Source: Escherichia phage T1. From it: a stretch of DNA of 48,836 nucleotides. A model generated the notes under the pieces. The model saw only the letters and a program-made list of their open reading frames with translations, was not told the DNA's origin and made no database searches. The translations under genes were made by a program, and so were the position numbers. Of the stretch, positions 7,591-17,263 are shown piece by piece. Numbering within the stretch: the first letter of the stretch is position 1; each line of letters opens with the position of its first letter. The stretch lies in sequence record NC_005833.1; one strand, 5' to 3'.

Positions 7591-7754
7591 CCTAAATCCC
7601 TGAGCGGTGATAGTATTAATCCCGTAGACAGACGAGGCGCAACTAAGCGCAACGCGTGAGACGATTCTCACACTTCCAGCTAACAAGCTCGGTTGCATAG
7701 TGGTTAAGCAACGCCGCAGACCCGTAAGCGGCAACAATTCAAGAGGATTGCATA

Positions 7755-7916
7755 ATGCAAAAAACTAAAGACGAATCAGTCAAAATTGAAATTAAAGTAA
7801 CTCGCAACGGTGAAACCACTCGTTATAAAAAACGATTAAATCCTGGCGAGGCTGTTATTGGTCGCATTGCTGGCGTTATGATTAAGGCGCAGGAAGATGA
7901 AGCGATTCAAAGTTAA
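7755..7916 (+). CDS. small hypothetical protein (53 aa)
   Basis: Manual translation; AAGAGGA RBS 7 nt upstream of ATG; absent from track (below 60 aa). Confidence 0.3.
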   Translation: MQKTKDESVKIEIKVTRNGETTRYKKRLNPGEAVIGRIAGVMIKAQEDEAIQS

Positions 7917-8082
7917 ATTAATTATTCGAAAGATGGGAATGTTTTGCCAGTCGTGCAAGCAATCTTTCGAAGCTGAATTATCAGCAACCAGTCAGGATGA
8001 AGCCATCACGAAAGCAAAAAAACTTTCCGGCGCTAACCTTGACACTCACAAAATAAATATTGAATTAATCAAGGAGATTTAA
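7897..8082 (+). CDS. small hypothetical protein with CxxC pair
   Basis: Track ORF; true start may be an internal Met (MGMFCQSC). Confidence 0.3.
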   Translation: MKRFKVKLIIRKMGMFCQSCKQSFEAELSATSQDEAITKAKKLSGANLDTHKINIELIKEI

Positions 8083-8083
8083 C

Positions 8084-8311
8084 ATGACAATTTTTTTATT
8101 AATTATCGCTGGTGTCATTATTTTTGGTGCTGGTTTGTTTGCTGGCTTCGCACTTGTGGCGGCAGCAATTGCGATGGACGCGAAGGATAAAACTGGTGTA
8201 TGGCTGACCTACTCACCTAAGAAGGACCAATGGGAAATGACTGGCGACCTTGCTCACTGCTATTCTAAAGCTAAGACCCACCCTAAAGGCATTAAACGAC
8301 GATTGTCGTGA
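8084..8311 (+). CDS. small membrane protein (N-terminal TM helix)
   Basis: Track ORF; IFLLIIAGVIIFGAGLFAGFALVAAAIA hydrophobic stretch; followed by terminator 8322-8342. Confidence 0.45.
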   Translation: MTIFLLIIAGVIIFGAGLFAGFALVAAAIAMDAKDKTGVWLTYSPKKDQWEMTGDLAHCYSKAKTHPKGIKRRLS

Positions 8312-8321
8312 TGAACACTAA

Positions 8322-8342
8322 CCCGCTCCGGCGGGTTTTTTT
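8322..8342 (+). terminator. rho-independent terminator ending early region
   Basis: CCCGC tccg GCGGG followed by T7. Confidence 0.65.
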
Positions 8343-8395
8343 ATGCCTGCAATATGGTAAAATAGCACTAAATGTTAAACAAAGAGGATGTATTT

Positions 8396-8920
8396 ATGAG
8401 TGAACCTAAGAACGCTCCCGTAGTCCAGGGTGGTAATTTCAAAGAGCTATACAAGAAAAAGTTTGGCACTGTACTCGCGAAAAACCGGGCTATGACGCCA
8501 GAGCAACTATTCGATCTGTCAGTGAAGTATTTCGAATGGGCCGAGGACAATGCGATCAAGGCGTCAGAATCAGCCAGCTTTCAGGGTGGCGTTTATGAGT
8601 CGCTTGTCCATAAGCCGCGCGTCTTCACCTGGACCGGATACCGACTATTCATCGGTGCAAGCGAGGCTGCAATCATTAAGTGGAAGCGAGAGGAAGAATA
8701 CAGCGAGGTTATGGAGTTTGTGGAATCGGTAATCAACGAGCAAAAATTCCAGCTTGCCGCCAACGGTGTTATTAATGCCTCCTTTATCGGTAAGGATCTC
8801 GGAATCGATAAGCCAGCCTCAATCAATATCGAAAACTCGTCAGCTTCCGCATCGACAGTAGTCGCCACTACTGAGGATGCGATGAAAGAGGCGGTAAACA
8901 GCATTCTTGATATGCTTTAA
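8396..8920 (+). CDS. terminase small subunit (positional inference)
   Basis: Track ORF 8372..8920; start refined to ATG 8396 after AAGAGGA; immediately upstream of terminase large subunit. Confidence 0.5.
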   Translation: MSEPKNAPVVQGGNFKELYKKKFGTVLAKNRAMTPEQLFDLSVKYFEWAEDNAIKASESASFQGGVYESLVHKPRVFTWTGYRLFIGASEAAIIKWKREEEYSEVMEFVESVINEQKFQLAANGVINASFIGKDLGIDKPASINIENSSASASTVVATTEDAMKEAVNSILDML

Positions 8921-8959
8921 CTTTAGGGGCGCGAGAGCGCCCACATGGGAGACTTAATC

Positions 8960-10528
8960 ATGATTCAATGGGAAGACCTTAACGCAACGCAGAAGTTAGC
9001 GATCAAGAAAATGAGCGAGGCCAATTTCGAAAAAATGATTCGGATCTGGTTCCAACTTATGCAGGCGCAGCAGTTCCAGCCTAACTGGCATCACCTTTAC
9101 CTATGTCACGAAGTGGAGGAAATTATTGCAGGGCGGCGAGGGAATACAATCTTTAACGTCACACCAGGTTCCGGTAAAACTGAAGTGTTCTCAATTCACC
9201 TTCCGGTGTACGCAATGCTTAAGTGTAAGAAGGTGCGAAACCTTAACGTGTCGTTTGCTGACAGCCTGGTTAAGCGTAACAGTAAGCGCGTCCGTGAGAT
9301 TATCAGCAGCAACGAATTTCAAGAGCTATGGCCTTGCAAGTTCGGTACATCGAAAGATGAGGAGATGCAGGTTCTTAACGAAGATGGAAAGGTTTGGTTT
9401 GAGTTGATATCCGCAGCGGCTGGCGGTCGTATTACTGGTTCGCGTGGTGGCTACATGACGCCGGGATTCTCGGGGATGGTAATGCTAGACGATATCGACA
9501 AGCCTGATGATATGTTCTCAAAGGTTAAGCGTGAGCGTACGCACATGCTATTGAAAAACACCATCCGTTCCCGTCGTATGCATAACGAGACGCCTATTAT
9601 TGCAATTCAGCAGCGACTACATGCTCAGGATTCAACCTGGTTCATGATGAATGGCGGTATGGGTATTGAGTTTGACCAAATCTCAATACCGGCGCTGGTG
9701 ACGGAAGAATACGGAAAGACACTTCCTGATTGGTTGCAGCCTTACTTTGAGCGTGATGTTTTATCGTCTGAGTATGTAGAATTGGATGGCGTTAAGCATT
9801 ACTCTTTTTGGCCAAGCAAGGAAAGCGTTCACGACCTGTTGGCGTTACGAGAAGCAGATCAGTATACCTTTGATTCTCAGTATCAGCAGAAACCGATCGC
9901 GCTGGGTGGCTCCGTGTTTAACTCAGAGTGGTGGACTTATTACGGCAGCAGTCTTGACGCTGACGAGCCAGATCCGGGTAAATATGATTACCGATTCATC
10001 ACTGCCGATACCGCTCAGAAGACAGGCGAGCTAAACGACTACACGGTATTTTGTTTGTGGGGCAAGAAGAATGATAAGGTTTACTTTATCGACGGCATTC
10101 GCGGAAAGTGGGAAGCGCCGGATATGGAGAGGCAATTTACAGCTTTCGTCAATCAGGCATGGAGGCACAATAAATCAATGGGGGTACTTCGTAAAATTTA
10201 TGTGGAAGATAAGGCGAGCGGTACGGGCTTAATCCAGAACCTCAGGAAAAAGACCCCGATCTCAATCACTCCATTGCAGCGTAACAAAGACAAAGTTACC
10301 CGAGCTATGGATGCTCAGCCAGTTATTAAAGCCGGGCGCGTGGTTCTGCCAGAAGAGCACCCTATGCTTGCTGAAATTATCGCTGAACACAGTGCCTTCA
10401 CTTACGATGACACCCATCCGCATGATGATATCGTCGATAACTTCATGGATGCGGCGAACATCGAATTGCTGACCATTGATGATCCTATCGAGAGAATGAA
10501 GCGACTCGCCGGGATGGTTAAGCGGTAA
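8960..10528 (+). CDS. terL: terminase large subunit
   Basis: Track ORF 8945..10528; about 520 aa; P-loop-like TPGSGKTE; N-terminal ATPase plus C-terminal nuclease-sized protein upstream of portal. Confidence 0.85.
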   Translation: MIQWEDLNATQKLAIKKMSEANFEKMIRIWFQLMQAQQFQPNWHHLYLCHEVEEIIAGRRGNTIFNVTPGSGKTEVFSIHLPVYAMLKCKKVRNLNVSFADSLVKRNSKRVREIISSNEFQELWPCKFGTSKDEEMQVLNEDGKVWFELISAAAGGRITGSRGGYMTPGFSGMVMLDDIDKPDDMFSKVKRERTHMLLKNTIRSRRMHNETPIIAIQQRLHAQDSTWFMMNGGMGIEFDQISIPALVTEEYGKTLPDWLQPYFERDVLSSEYVELDGVKHYSFWPSKESVHDLLALREADQYTFDSQYQQKPIALGGSVFNSEWWTYYGSSLDADEPDPGKYDYRFITADTAQKTGELNDYTVFCLWGKKNDKVYFIDGIRGKWEAPDMERQFTAFVNQAWRHNKSMGVLRKIYVEDKASGTGLIQNLRKKTPISITPLQRNKDKVTRAMDAQPVIKAGRVVLPEEHPMLAEIIAEHSAFTYDDTHPHDDIVDNFMDAANIELLTIDDPIERMKRLAGMVKR

Positions 10529-10582
10529 TAAATGAGATATAATTAGGGCTGTCAATTGACGGCCCTTTTTATTGGAGGAAAC

Positions 10583-11866
10583 ATGAAAATTGTTAAGCAT
10601 GATGGATATAACGATATCTTTAACGGCGGCGCGGACGGATCGCCTAAGCCATTCTTTATGTCTGATGCATCATATCACGTCGGTTCTTTCTACAACGACA
10701 ACGCAACCGCGAAGCGAATTGTGGATGTTATCCCGGAAGAGATGGTGACGGCTGGTTTTAAAATGTCAGGCGTTAAGGATGAAAAAGAGTTCAAGTCTTT
10801 ATGGGATAGCTACAAACTTGATTCAAGTCTGGTGGATCTTCTTTGTTGGGCACGACTTTACGGTGGCGCGGCGATGGTGGCAATCATCAAAGACAACCGG
10901 ATGTTAACCAGTCAGGCAAAGCCTGGAGCTAAACTTGAAGGCGTCCGAGTTTATGATCGATTTGCTATCACTGTTGAAAAGCGAGTCACCAATGCAAGAT
11001 CTCCTCGCTATGGTGAGCCTGAAATTTACAAGGTATCCCCTGGCGACAATATGCAGCCGTACCTGATTCATCACTCAAGAGTCTTTATTGCTGATGGTGA
11101 ACGAGTGGCGCAACAGGCAAGAAAGCAGAATCAAGGATGGGGAGCTTCGGTATTGAATAAGTCACTGATTGATGCAATCTGTGACTATGATTACTGTGAA
11201 TCTCTGGCTACTCAGATCTTGCGACGTAAGCAACAGGCTGTATGGAAGGTCAAAGGTCTTGCCGAAATGTGTGATGATGATGATGCTCAGTATGCCGCGC
11301 GCCTGCGACTTGCTCAGGTAGATGATAACTCCGGCGTAGGCCGTGCGATCGGTATCGATGCTGAGACTGAGGAATATGACGTTCTCAACTCTGATATCAG
11401 CGGAGTCCCTGAGTTCTTATCAAGCAAGATGGACCGCATCGTCTCCCTATCCGGGATTCATGAGATTATCATCAAGAATAAGAACGTAGGCGGCGTATCA
11501 GCGAGCCAAAACACAGCGCTTGAGACTTTCTATAAGCTAGTCGATCGCAAGCGCGAGGAAGATTACAGGCCGCTTCTTGAGTTCTTGTTGCCGTTCATTG
11601 TTGATGAGGAAGAGTGGTCGATCGAGTTTGAGCCTTTGTCTGTTCCGAGTAAGAAAGAGGAATCAGAGATCACGAAGAATAACGTTGAGTCAGTCACGAA
11701 GGCTATCACTGAGCAAATCATCGATCTGGAAGAAGCTCGCGACACGTTGCGATCCATTGCCCCTGAGTTCAAACTCAAGGATGGTAATAACATCAACATT
11801 CGCGAACCGGAAGAAACAACCGAACCGGAGCCGGGATTAGGGGAGAAGTTAGAAGATGAAAATTAA
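10583..11866 (+). CDS. portal protein
   Basis: Track ORF 10556..11866; start refined to ATG 10583 after GGAGGA; about 427 aa directly after terL; acidic C-terminus. Confidence 0.7.
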   Translation: MKIVKHDGYNDIFNGGADGSPKPFFMSDASYHVGSFYNDNATAKRIVDVIPEEMVTAGFKMSGVKDEKEFKSLWDSYKLDSSLVDLLCWARLYGGAAMVAIIKDNRMLTSQAKPGAKLEGVRVYDRFAITVEKRVTNARSPRYGEPEIYKVSPGDNMQPYLIHHSRVFIADGERVAQQARKQNQGWGASVLNKSLIDAICDYDYCESLATQILRRKQQAVWKVKGLAEMCDDDDAQYAARLRLAQVDDNSGVGRAIGIDAETEEYDVLNSDISGVPEFLSSKMDRIVSLSGIHEIIIKNKNVGGVSASQNTALETFYKLVDRKREEDYRPLLEFLLPFIVDEEEWSIEFEPLSVPSKKEESEITKNNVESVTKAITEQIIDLEEARDTLRSIAPEFKLKDGNNINIREPEETTEPEPGLGEKLEDEN

Positions 11867-12617
11867 TGGCGTTGCAACACAGTGGCGCTATCCTGAAATG
11901 AGCGAGCGCGCAATGTCGCGCTCCCTACAGGATGTTGCAGCCAAACTAACTGAAAAAATGCGTGACGAATTAAAGCCGATGAAATTTGACGCTACCGACG
12001 AAGAGATAGATCAGACAGAGAGGTCATTGCTTGATTACGTCGAATCACTCATCGCTCCGATTATTGGTTCTCTATCATCCGTTGCGCTCACGATCTATAA
12101 ATTCAACTCTAAGCAGTGGCTGCGCATCGCTCGCAATGCTGGAGGTAAGAAGAATCAAGCCGTGATGCTACTTGCCCTGATTGGTCCTACCGCTGCCGAA
12201 AGCTGGTACTCAGGACAATATAATCTGTGGCGATCGCAGGTTGCTACTTCTATCAGGAAATTTGCCGCCAACATGGTTACTGATTTCACTGATAAACTTC
12301 GTGCGGCATCCGGTCAGGGTAAAAGCAAGGATTTTGTTGTTGAACTTGCTAAGGAGCGATTTGGTATTTACCGGAACTGGGCCAAAAATAGAGCGTCGGG
12401 AATTGTCGGAACCTGGAACAGTAGACTGATGCGTCAGCGCATAAAAGACGCTGGTGTCTCTTACTATTTCTGGCGCGGGGTGATGGATTTACGCGAACGT
12501 GAAAAACATGTAAGATGGGAAGGTAAGCGCATAGCGGTAGATTCCGATCATGTATTCCCTGGTGAGGAATACAACTGCCGCTGTTGGGCTGTTCCAGACT
12601 TTTCTACAGGAGATTAA
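11856..12617 (+). CDS. head morphogenesis protein (Mu F-like, positional)
   Basis: 253-aa ORF immediately after portal, overlapping its stop; canonical position. Confidence 0.5.
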   Translation: MKINGVATQWRYPEMSERAMSRSLQDVAAKLTEKMRDELKPMKFDATDEEIDQTERSLLDYVESLIAPIIGSLSSVALTIYKFNSKQWLRIARNAGGKKNQAVMLLALIGPTAAESWYSGQYNLWRSQVATSIRKFAANMVTDFTDKLRAASGQGKSKDFVVELAKERFGIYRNWAKNRASGIVGTWNSRLMRQRIKDAGVSYYFWRGVMDLREREKHVRWEGKRIAVDSDHVFPGEEYNCRCWAVPDFSTGD

Positions 12618-12619
12618 AA

Positions 12620-13732
12620 ATGAAGGCAAAGCAAAGATTCGATTCAGTAAAAATCAAGGCGCACTTTGATGATAACGGTTTTTTAGTTGACCGCCCAATC
12701 GTGGCGCGAATCGGCGCTCAGGTTTACAAAACGCCGCACGGCGATCGAGTTGAGTTCCGTCCGGCGTCCGAAGTTTTCAAGCAAGACTCCTTGCAAAGTT
12801 TTGCGGGTAAGCCAATTACTGTCGGTCACGTAACGGTAACTCCGCAGAATGCTAAGGACGTTGTTGTCGGATCGTGTGCTGGCGCTGGTATTGCTTCAGG
12901 GGTTGGCGTTGAAGTTCCTTTGAGTATTTACAGCGACTACGCGATCAGCAAGGCTAAAGCAAAAGAAGCAGGTGAATTATCTGTTGGTTATACTTCGGTT
13001 GATATTGATAAGCCTGGTTGGGGTTCAAATGAGACTGGAGAATATATCTTCGAAGAGGATATGAAACAGGACGAAGCGCCGCCTGAAGGTTGGGTGAGAT
13101 TCGACGCGGTACAAACTAATATCAAGGTCAACCATATTGCCCTAGTTTTTAAAGGTCGTGCGGGAATTGCTAAATTAAATCTTGATGCCGAACAGGAGTT
13201 CCCGTATGATAATAACGTTCAATTAACTAACGAGGACAAGCAAATGAAAAAAATTAAGATCGACTCAGTTGATGTGGAAGTAACCGAAGACGTTGCGAAC
13301 CATATCGAAAAATTAACCGCGCAGATTGCCACCATTCAGGGGAAAGCTGATGGCTTCGAAGCTGAGCGCGATGCGCTGAAGGTTAAGGTTGACTCTCTGC
13401 CGGAACTTGTGAAGGCCGAGGTAGAGAAGCAAAAAGCCGATGCCGCCGCACGCGCAGAAGTTACCGCAGTAGCAGAAACCGCAGGCGTCAAACATGATGG
13501 TCTTGATATCAAAGACGTCAAGATTGCCGTAGTTAAAGCCATGCTTGATAAAGATGTTAGTGAAAAATCAGACGCATATATCGACGCTATGTTTGATGTT
13601 GCTAAAGATTCTGATATCATGGCTATTCAGCGTAAAGCAGTAAAAGGCGACTCTATCGAAGGCGGTAAGCCGGAAGAGAAAAACGACGCCGCGCCTGTTA
13701 CGCCAAATTCACGTTTAAGCAAAGTAATGTAA
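12620..13732 (+). CDS. capsid scaffolding protein (coiled-coil C-terminal half)
   Basis: Track ORF 12584..13732; start refined to ATG 12620 after AGGAG; Ala/Glu/Lys-rich helical C-terminal region; position between portal module and capsid. Confidence 0.5.
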   Translation: MKAKQRFDSVKIKAHFDDNGFLVDRPIVARIGAQVYKTPHGDRVEFRPASEVFKQDSLQSFAGKPITVGHVTVTPQNAKDVVVGSCAGAGIASGVGVEVPLSIYSDYAISKAKAKEAGELSVGYTSVDIDKPGWGSNETGEYIFEEDMKQDEAPPEGWVRFDAVQTNIKVNHIALVFKGRAGIAKLNLDAEQEFPYDNNVQLTNEDKQMKKIKIDSVDVEVTEDVANHIEKLTAQIATIQGKADGFEAERDALKVKVDSLPELVKAEVEKQKADAAARAEVTAVAETAGVKHDGLDIKDVKIAVVKAMLDKDVSEKSDAYIDAMFDVAKDSDIMAIQRKAVKGDSIEGGKPEEKNDAAPVTPNSRLSKVM

Positions 13733-13743
13733 GGGGAAATATC

Positions 13744-14220
13744 ATGGCACAAATTAATGCATCTTATCAGCGAGATATGGCGATTGCGCTTCCGGGTATG
13801 GTTGCGGATACTTCAAAGTACAATATTGACGGCGCTTGTGTCGTTAATGAAGGTGATGTTCTTGTTGGCGCTGCCGTACAAGTTGTTCAAGCTCAGGCGG
13901 TTGATGGTCATAAGTTGGTTAAGGCTCTTACTACCGGAACCACTCCTTACGGCGTGGCAATCCGATCTCACTGGCAGACTGTTAACGCTCAAAATCAGAT
14001 GATTTACGAAGATGGCGGCGCTATCAACGTGATGACTTCAGGCCGAGTATGGATGCTTTCCAAATCCACCGAAGCGCCAACTTTCGGCTCTGCCGTTAAA
14101 CTTGATGTTGATGGTCAGGAAAAATCTGATGGCACGATCGAAACAACCTGGACCTACGCTGGCGGTTGGACTAAATACAAAGATATTCAGCTTGTTGAGG
14201 TTCAGTTGCATCAACTGTAA
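13744..14220 (+). CDS. head-associated protein, paralog of next gene (decoration-like)
   Basis: N-terminal region similar to ORF 14282..15049 (..TSxYNIDGACV..); followed by strong terminator. Confidence 0.45.
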   Translation: MAQINASYQRDMAIALPGMVADTSKYNIDGACVVNEGDVLVGAAVQVVQAQAVDGHKLVKALTTGTTPYGVAIRSHWQTVNAQNQMIYEDGGAINVMTSGRVWMLSKSTEAPTFGSAVKLDVDGQEKSDGTIETTWTYAGGWTKYKDIQLVEVQLHQL

Positions 14221-14236
14221 TTAGCGTTTAATATGG

Positions 14237-14267
14237 GGACTATCCTTTTTTGGATAGTCCTTTTTTT
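14237..14267 (+). terminator. rho-independent terminator
   Basis: GGACTATCC ttttttg GATAGTCC followed by T7. Confidence 0.7.
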
Positions 14268-14281
14268 ATGGAGAAATCATT

Positions 14282-15049
14282 ATGGCTTACGAAAATTTAA
14301 TGTTGCGCCCGGCGTGTCCGGGAAATCTTTCTGATACTTCAACCTACAATATTGATGGCGCTTGCGTGGCTCAAGGTGACATTGAGTTCGGCTCAGCGGT
14401 TCAGGTTGTCGGCATCGTTGATGGTGTAAAAGTTGTTACGGCGCTTTCTGATGGTGGAACTCCTTACGGTATCGCTTTCCGTTCCCAATATGAACACCTG
14501 AGCGGTAAAATCCTCGACGGTGAAGTGTGCAACGTCGTTTCTCACGGTCGCGTGTGGGCGCTTACTTCTCTTGATGAGGCTCCCAGCTTGTTCTCAAAGT
14601 TGCAGTTTGGATCTGGTGGGGTTGTTACTGGTGGATCTGGTTACGCAGGATGGACCTTTGCTGGCGGCTTTGTTAAGCACGAAGATGGCTACATTATTGA
14701 GGTTCGGGTGAAACAAAATGCTTTCATCGTTCCACCGCCGCCGCCCCCTGTCGTTCTTGTTGAATCCGCTACAATCACCACTGACAAGGAAAGCCCTCAG
14801 CCAAACAACGTTACGATCCAGTGTGTAGCTAATGCTCTTCCGGCTAATGCAACTGATAAGACTGGCAAATGGTCAATCGACGCTACCAATATCGCCACTG
14901 TCAATCCGGACTCAGGTCTTGTAACTCCTGTTGGTGGAGAGGTAGTCGGTGATTTCAATATTACCTGGACGGCTAACGATGCCAGCAAGACGACGGCAAC
15001 CATTGCTTATCGCGTAGAAGCAGTGCCAACGCCAGAGGTTGATGTATAA
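14282..15049 (+). CDS. virion surface protein with polyproline linker and C-terminal Ig-like domain
   Basis: Paralogous N-terminal domain, PPPPPPVVL linker, then beta-rich segment typical of bacterial Ig-like domains. Confidence 0.55.
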   Translation: MAYENLMLRPACPGNLSDTSTYNIDGACVAQGDIEFGSAVQVVGIVDGVKVVTALSDGGTPYGIAFRSQYEHLSGKILDGEVCNVVSHGRVWALTSLDEAPSLFSKLQFGSGGVVTGGSGYAGWTFAGGFVKHEDGYIIEVRVKQNAFIVPPPPPPVVLVESATITTDKESPQPNNVTIQCVANALPANATDKTGKWSIDATNIATVNPDSGLVTPVGGEVVGDFNITWTANDASKTTATIAYRVEAVPTPEVDV

Positions 15050-15070
15050 CATAAAAACACTTTGACGCTT

Positions 15071-15086
15071 TAACAAAAAGTGCTAT
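15071..15086 (-). promoter_or_regulatory. box copy in antisense orientation between Ig-like protein gene and capsid gene
   Basis: Plus strand TAACAAAAAGTGCTAT (reverse complement ATAGCACTTTTTGTTA); plus strand also reads TTGACG-16-TATTAT. Confidence 0.4.
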
Positions 15087-15093
15087 TATTGAA

Positions 15094-15117
15094 GCCGTGA
15101 ACATAATCACGGTTTTT
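15094..15117 (+). terminator. rho-independent terminator / attenuator upstream of capsid gene
   Basis: CCGTGA acataa TCACGG followed by T6. Confidence 0.55.
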
Positions 15118-15139
15118 TATTAACTATGGAGAAGTAATC

Positions 15140-16099
15140 ATGACTACTAAAAAATTTGATGAAGCAGATAAAAGCAATGTTGAAATGTATCTGATCCAGG
15201 CTGGCGTAAAACAGGATGCGGCCGCAACGATGGGTATCTGGACCGCTCAGGAACTACACCGCATCAAAAGCCAGTCCTATGAAGAAGACTACCCGGTCGG
15301 CTCAGCTTTACGCGTATTCCCGGTTACAACCGAGCTTTCTCCGACCGACAAGACGTTTGAGTATATGACCTTTGATAAGGTTGGTACGGCTCAGATTATC
15401 GCAGACTACACCGACGATCTTCCGCTGGTTGATGCCCTGGGTACTTCTGAATTTGGCAAGGTGTTCCGTCTTGGTAACGCGTACCTGATCTCAATCGACG
15501 AAATCAAAGCGGGTCAGGCAACTGGTCGCCCACTGTCAACCCGTAAGGCGAGTGCGTGCCAGTTGGCGCATGATCAGCTTGTTAACCGCCTGGTGTTCAA
15601 AGGTTCCGCGCCGCACAAGATTGTGTCCGTGTTCAACCATCCGAATATCACCAAAATTACCTCTGGTAAGTGGATTGATGTATCTACTATGAAGCCGGAA
15701 ACTGCGGAAGCTGAGCTAACTCAAGCGATCGAAACCATCGAGACGATTACTCGTGGTCAGCACCGCGCAACCAACATCCTGATCCCGCCTTCCATGCGTA
15801 AGGTTTTGGCGATTCGTATGCCTGAGACAACCATGTCTTACCTGGACTATTTTAAGTCTCAGAACTCCGGTATCGAAATCGACTCTATCGCAGAGCTTGA
15901 GGATATTGACGGCGCAGGCACCAAAGGCGTACTGGTGTACGAAAAGAATCCGATGAACATGTCCATCGAGATCCCGGAAGCATTTAACATGCTGCCAGCA
16001 CAACCGAAAGACTTGCACTTTAAAGTGCCTTGCACCTCTAAGTGTACTGGTCTTACAATTTATCGCCCGATGACTATTGTCTTAATCACTGGCGTGTAA
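15140..16099 (+). CDS. major capsid protein
   Basis: 319-aa ORF with AT-rich strong RBS, flanked by rho-independent terminators; position within head module. Confidence 0.65.
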   Translation: MTTKKFDEADKSNVEMYLIQAGVKQDAAATMGIWTAQELHRIKSQSYEEDYPVGSALRVFPVTTELSPTDKTFEYMTFDKVGTAQIIADYTDDLPLVDALGTSEFGKVFRLGNAYLISIDEIKAGQATGRPLSTRKASACQLAHDQLVNRLVFKGSAPHKIVSVFNHPNITKITSGKWIDVSTMKPETAEAELTQAIETIETITRGQHRATNILIPPSMRKVLAIRMPETTMSYLDYFKSQNSGIEIDSIAELEDIDGAGTKGVLVYEKNPMNMSIEIPEAFNMLPAQPKDLHFKVPCTSKCTGLTIYRPMTIVLITGV

Positions 16100-16106
16100 T
16101 ATTATA

Positions 16107-16135
16107 GGGGCTAACTTAGTTAGTCCCTTTTTTTA
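16107..16135 (+). terminator. rho-independent terminator after capsid gene
   Basis: GGGGCTAAC .. GTTAGTCCC (one mismatch) followed by T8. Confidence 0.6.
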
Positions 16136-16149
16136 TTGGAGAAATCAAA

Positions 16150-16437
16150 ATGGCTAAAGAAAAAACTGTTGTTATCGTAAACGTTGGTGTAGCTCTTCAG
16201 ATGTTCCGTCTTGAAGATGGTTCCTTTGCTAAAGTTCTTCCAGATGAAGAGGTCACGCTTCCGGCGTCCGTTCTTGATTTACCTGGTCTGCGTTGCTTAA
16301 TTGCTCGCGAAGAAATCGAAGTTAAAGACGACAGTGCAACCAACCGCAAAATCCGCGCTGAAATGGCAAAGATCACGAAGCCAGATCCGTGGGATAAAAT
16401 GAGCGTAAAAGAGCTTGAAGACGGCGGCGAATATTAA
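16150..16437 (+). CDS. hypothetical head-module protein (95 aa)
   Basis: Track ORF between two intrinsic terminators downstream of capsid gene. Confidence 0.4.
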   Translation: MAKEKTVVIVNVGVALQMFRLEDGSFAKVLPDEEVTLPASVLDLPGLRCLIAREEIEVKDDSATNRKIRAEMAKITKPDPWDKMSVKELEDGGEY

Positions 16438-16443
16438 TCATCA

Positions 16444-16469
16444 AGGCGCTCATGTAGCGCCTTTTTTTA
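16444..16469 (+). terminator. rho-independent terminator
   Basis: AGGCGCT catgt AGCGCCT followed by T7. Confidence 0.7.
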
Positions 16470-16481
16470 TGGTGGTAAATT

Positions 16482-16892
16482 ATGAATCAAGAAACTTTAA
16501 TTGCAGTTGTTGAGCAAATGCGAAAGCTGGTTCCGGCACTTCGTAAGGTTCCAGACGAAACGCTTTATGCGTGGGTAGAAATGGCTGAGCTTTTTGTATG
16601 CCAGAAGACCTTTAAAGACGCATACGTCAAAGCGCTCGCTCTTTATGCATTGCACCTTGCTTTCCTTGACGGGGCGCTAAAAGGTGAAGATGAGGATCTG
16701 GAATCGTACTCACGACGAGTTACGTCATTCTCCCTGAGCGGTGAATTTAGCCAGACTTTCGGAGAGGTTACAAAGAACCAGTCAGGAGACATGATGCTTT
16801 CGACGCCGTGGGGTAAGATGTTCGAACAGCTTAAAGCGCGACGCCGTGGTCGATTCGCATTAATGACAGGACTCCGTGGAGGATGCCACTAA
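16482..16892 (+). CDS. head-tail connector / head completion protein (positional)
   Basis: Track ORF; position between capsid and tail genes. Confidence 0.4.
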   Translation: MNQETLIAVVEQMRKLVPALRKVPDETLYAWVEMAELFVCQKTFKDAYVKALALYALHLAFLDGALKGEDEDLESYSRRVTSFSLSGEFSQTFGEVTKNQSGDMMLSTPWGKMFEQLKARRRGRFALMTGLRGGCH

Positions 16893-17263
16893 TGAACTAC
16901 TCACAGATTGAAAGGATGGCTCGCAAAGGTGTGGCTTTCTTCACCGATCCGTCAAGACCTATGAACCTGATAAAGCAAGGTGAATACGGATATGATGAAA
17001 ACGGATTCGAGATCCCACCGATGGAACAGGTTATTCCAATATCCGGCGCGACGCGAAGACCGAACGCGCGTGAGATTGACGGGGAAACCATCCGCGCCTC
17101 AGATATTTTGGGGATCTTCAATAATGATCATGAAATAAACGAAGGTGACTATATAGAGATTGATGGCATTCGTCATGTTGTCGTTGATGCTCGCCCGGTT
17201 CAGGCGTCACTGGAACCAGTTGCCTATCGTCCAGTATTGCGGAGGGTATCAGTCGGTGGCTAA
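16883..17263 (+). CDS. head-tail joining protein (positional)
   Basis: Track ORF overlapping neighbours by a few codons. Confidence 0.4.
   Translation: MPLMNYSQIERMARKGVAFFTDPSRPMNLIKQGEYGYDENGFEIPPMEQVIPISGATRRPNAREIDGETIRASDILGIFNNDHEINEGDYIEIDGIRHVVVDARPVQASLEPVAYRPVLRRVSVGG

Noticed and set aside
7591-7754. Possible tRNA gene in the noncoding gap (TAGTGGTTAAG resembles a D-loop)
   Set aside because: No matching acceptor stem, anticodon arm or T-loop (GTTCRA) could be built; hairpin arrangement does not fit a cloverleaf.
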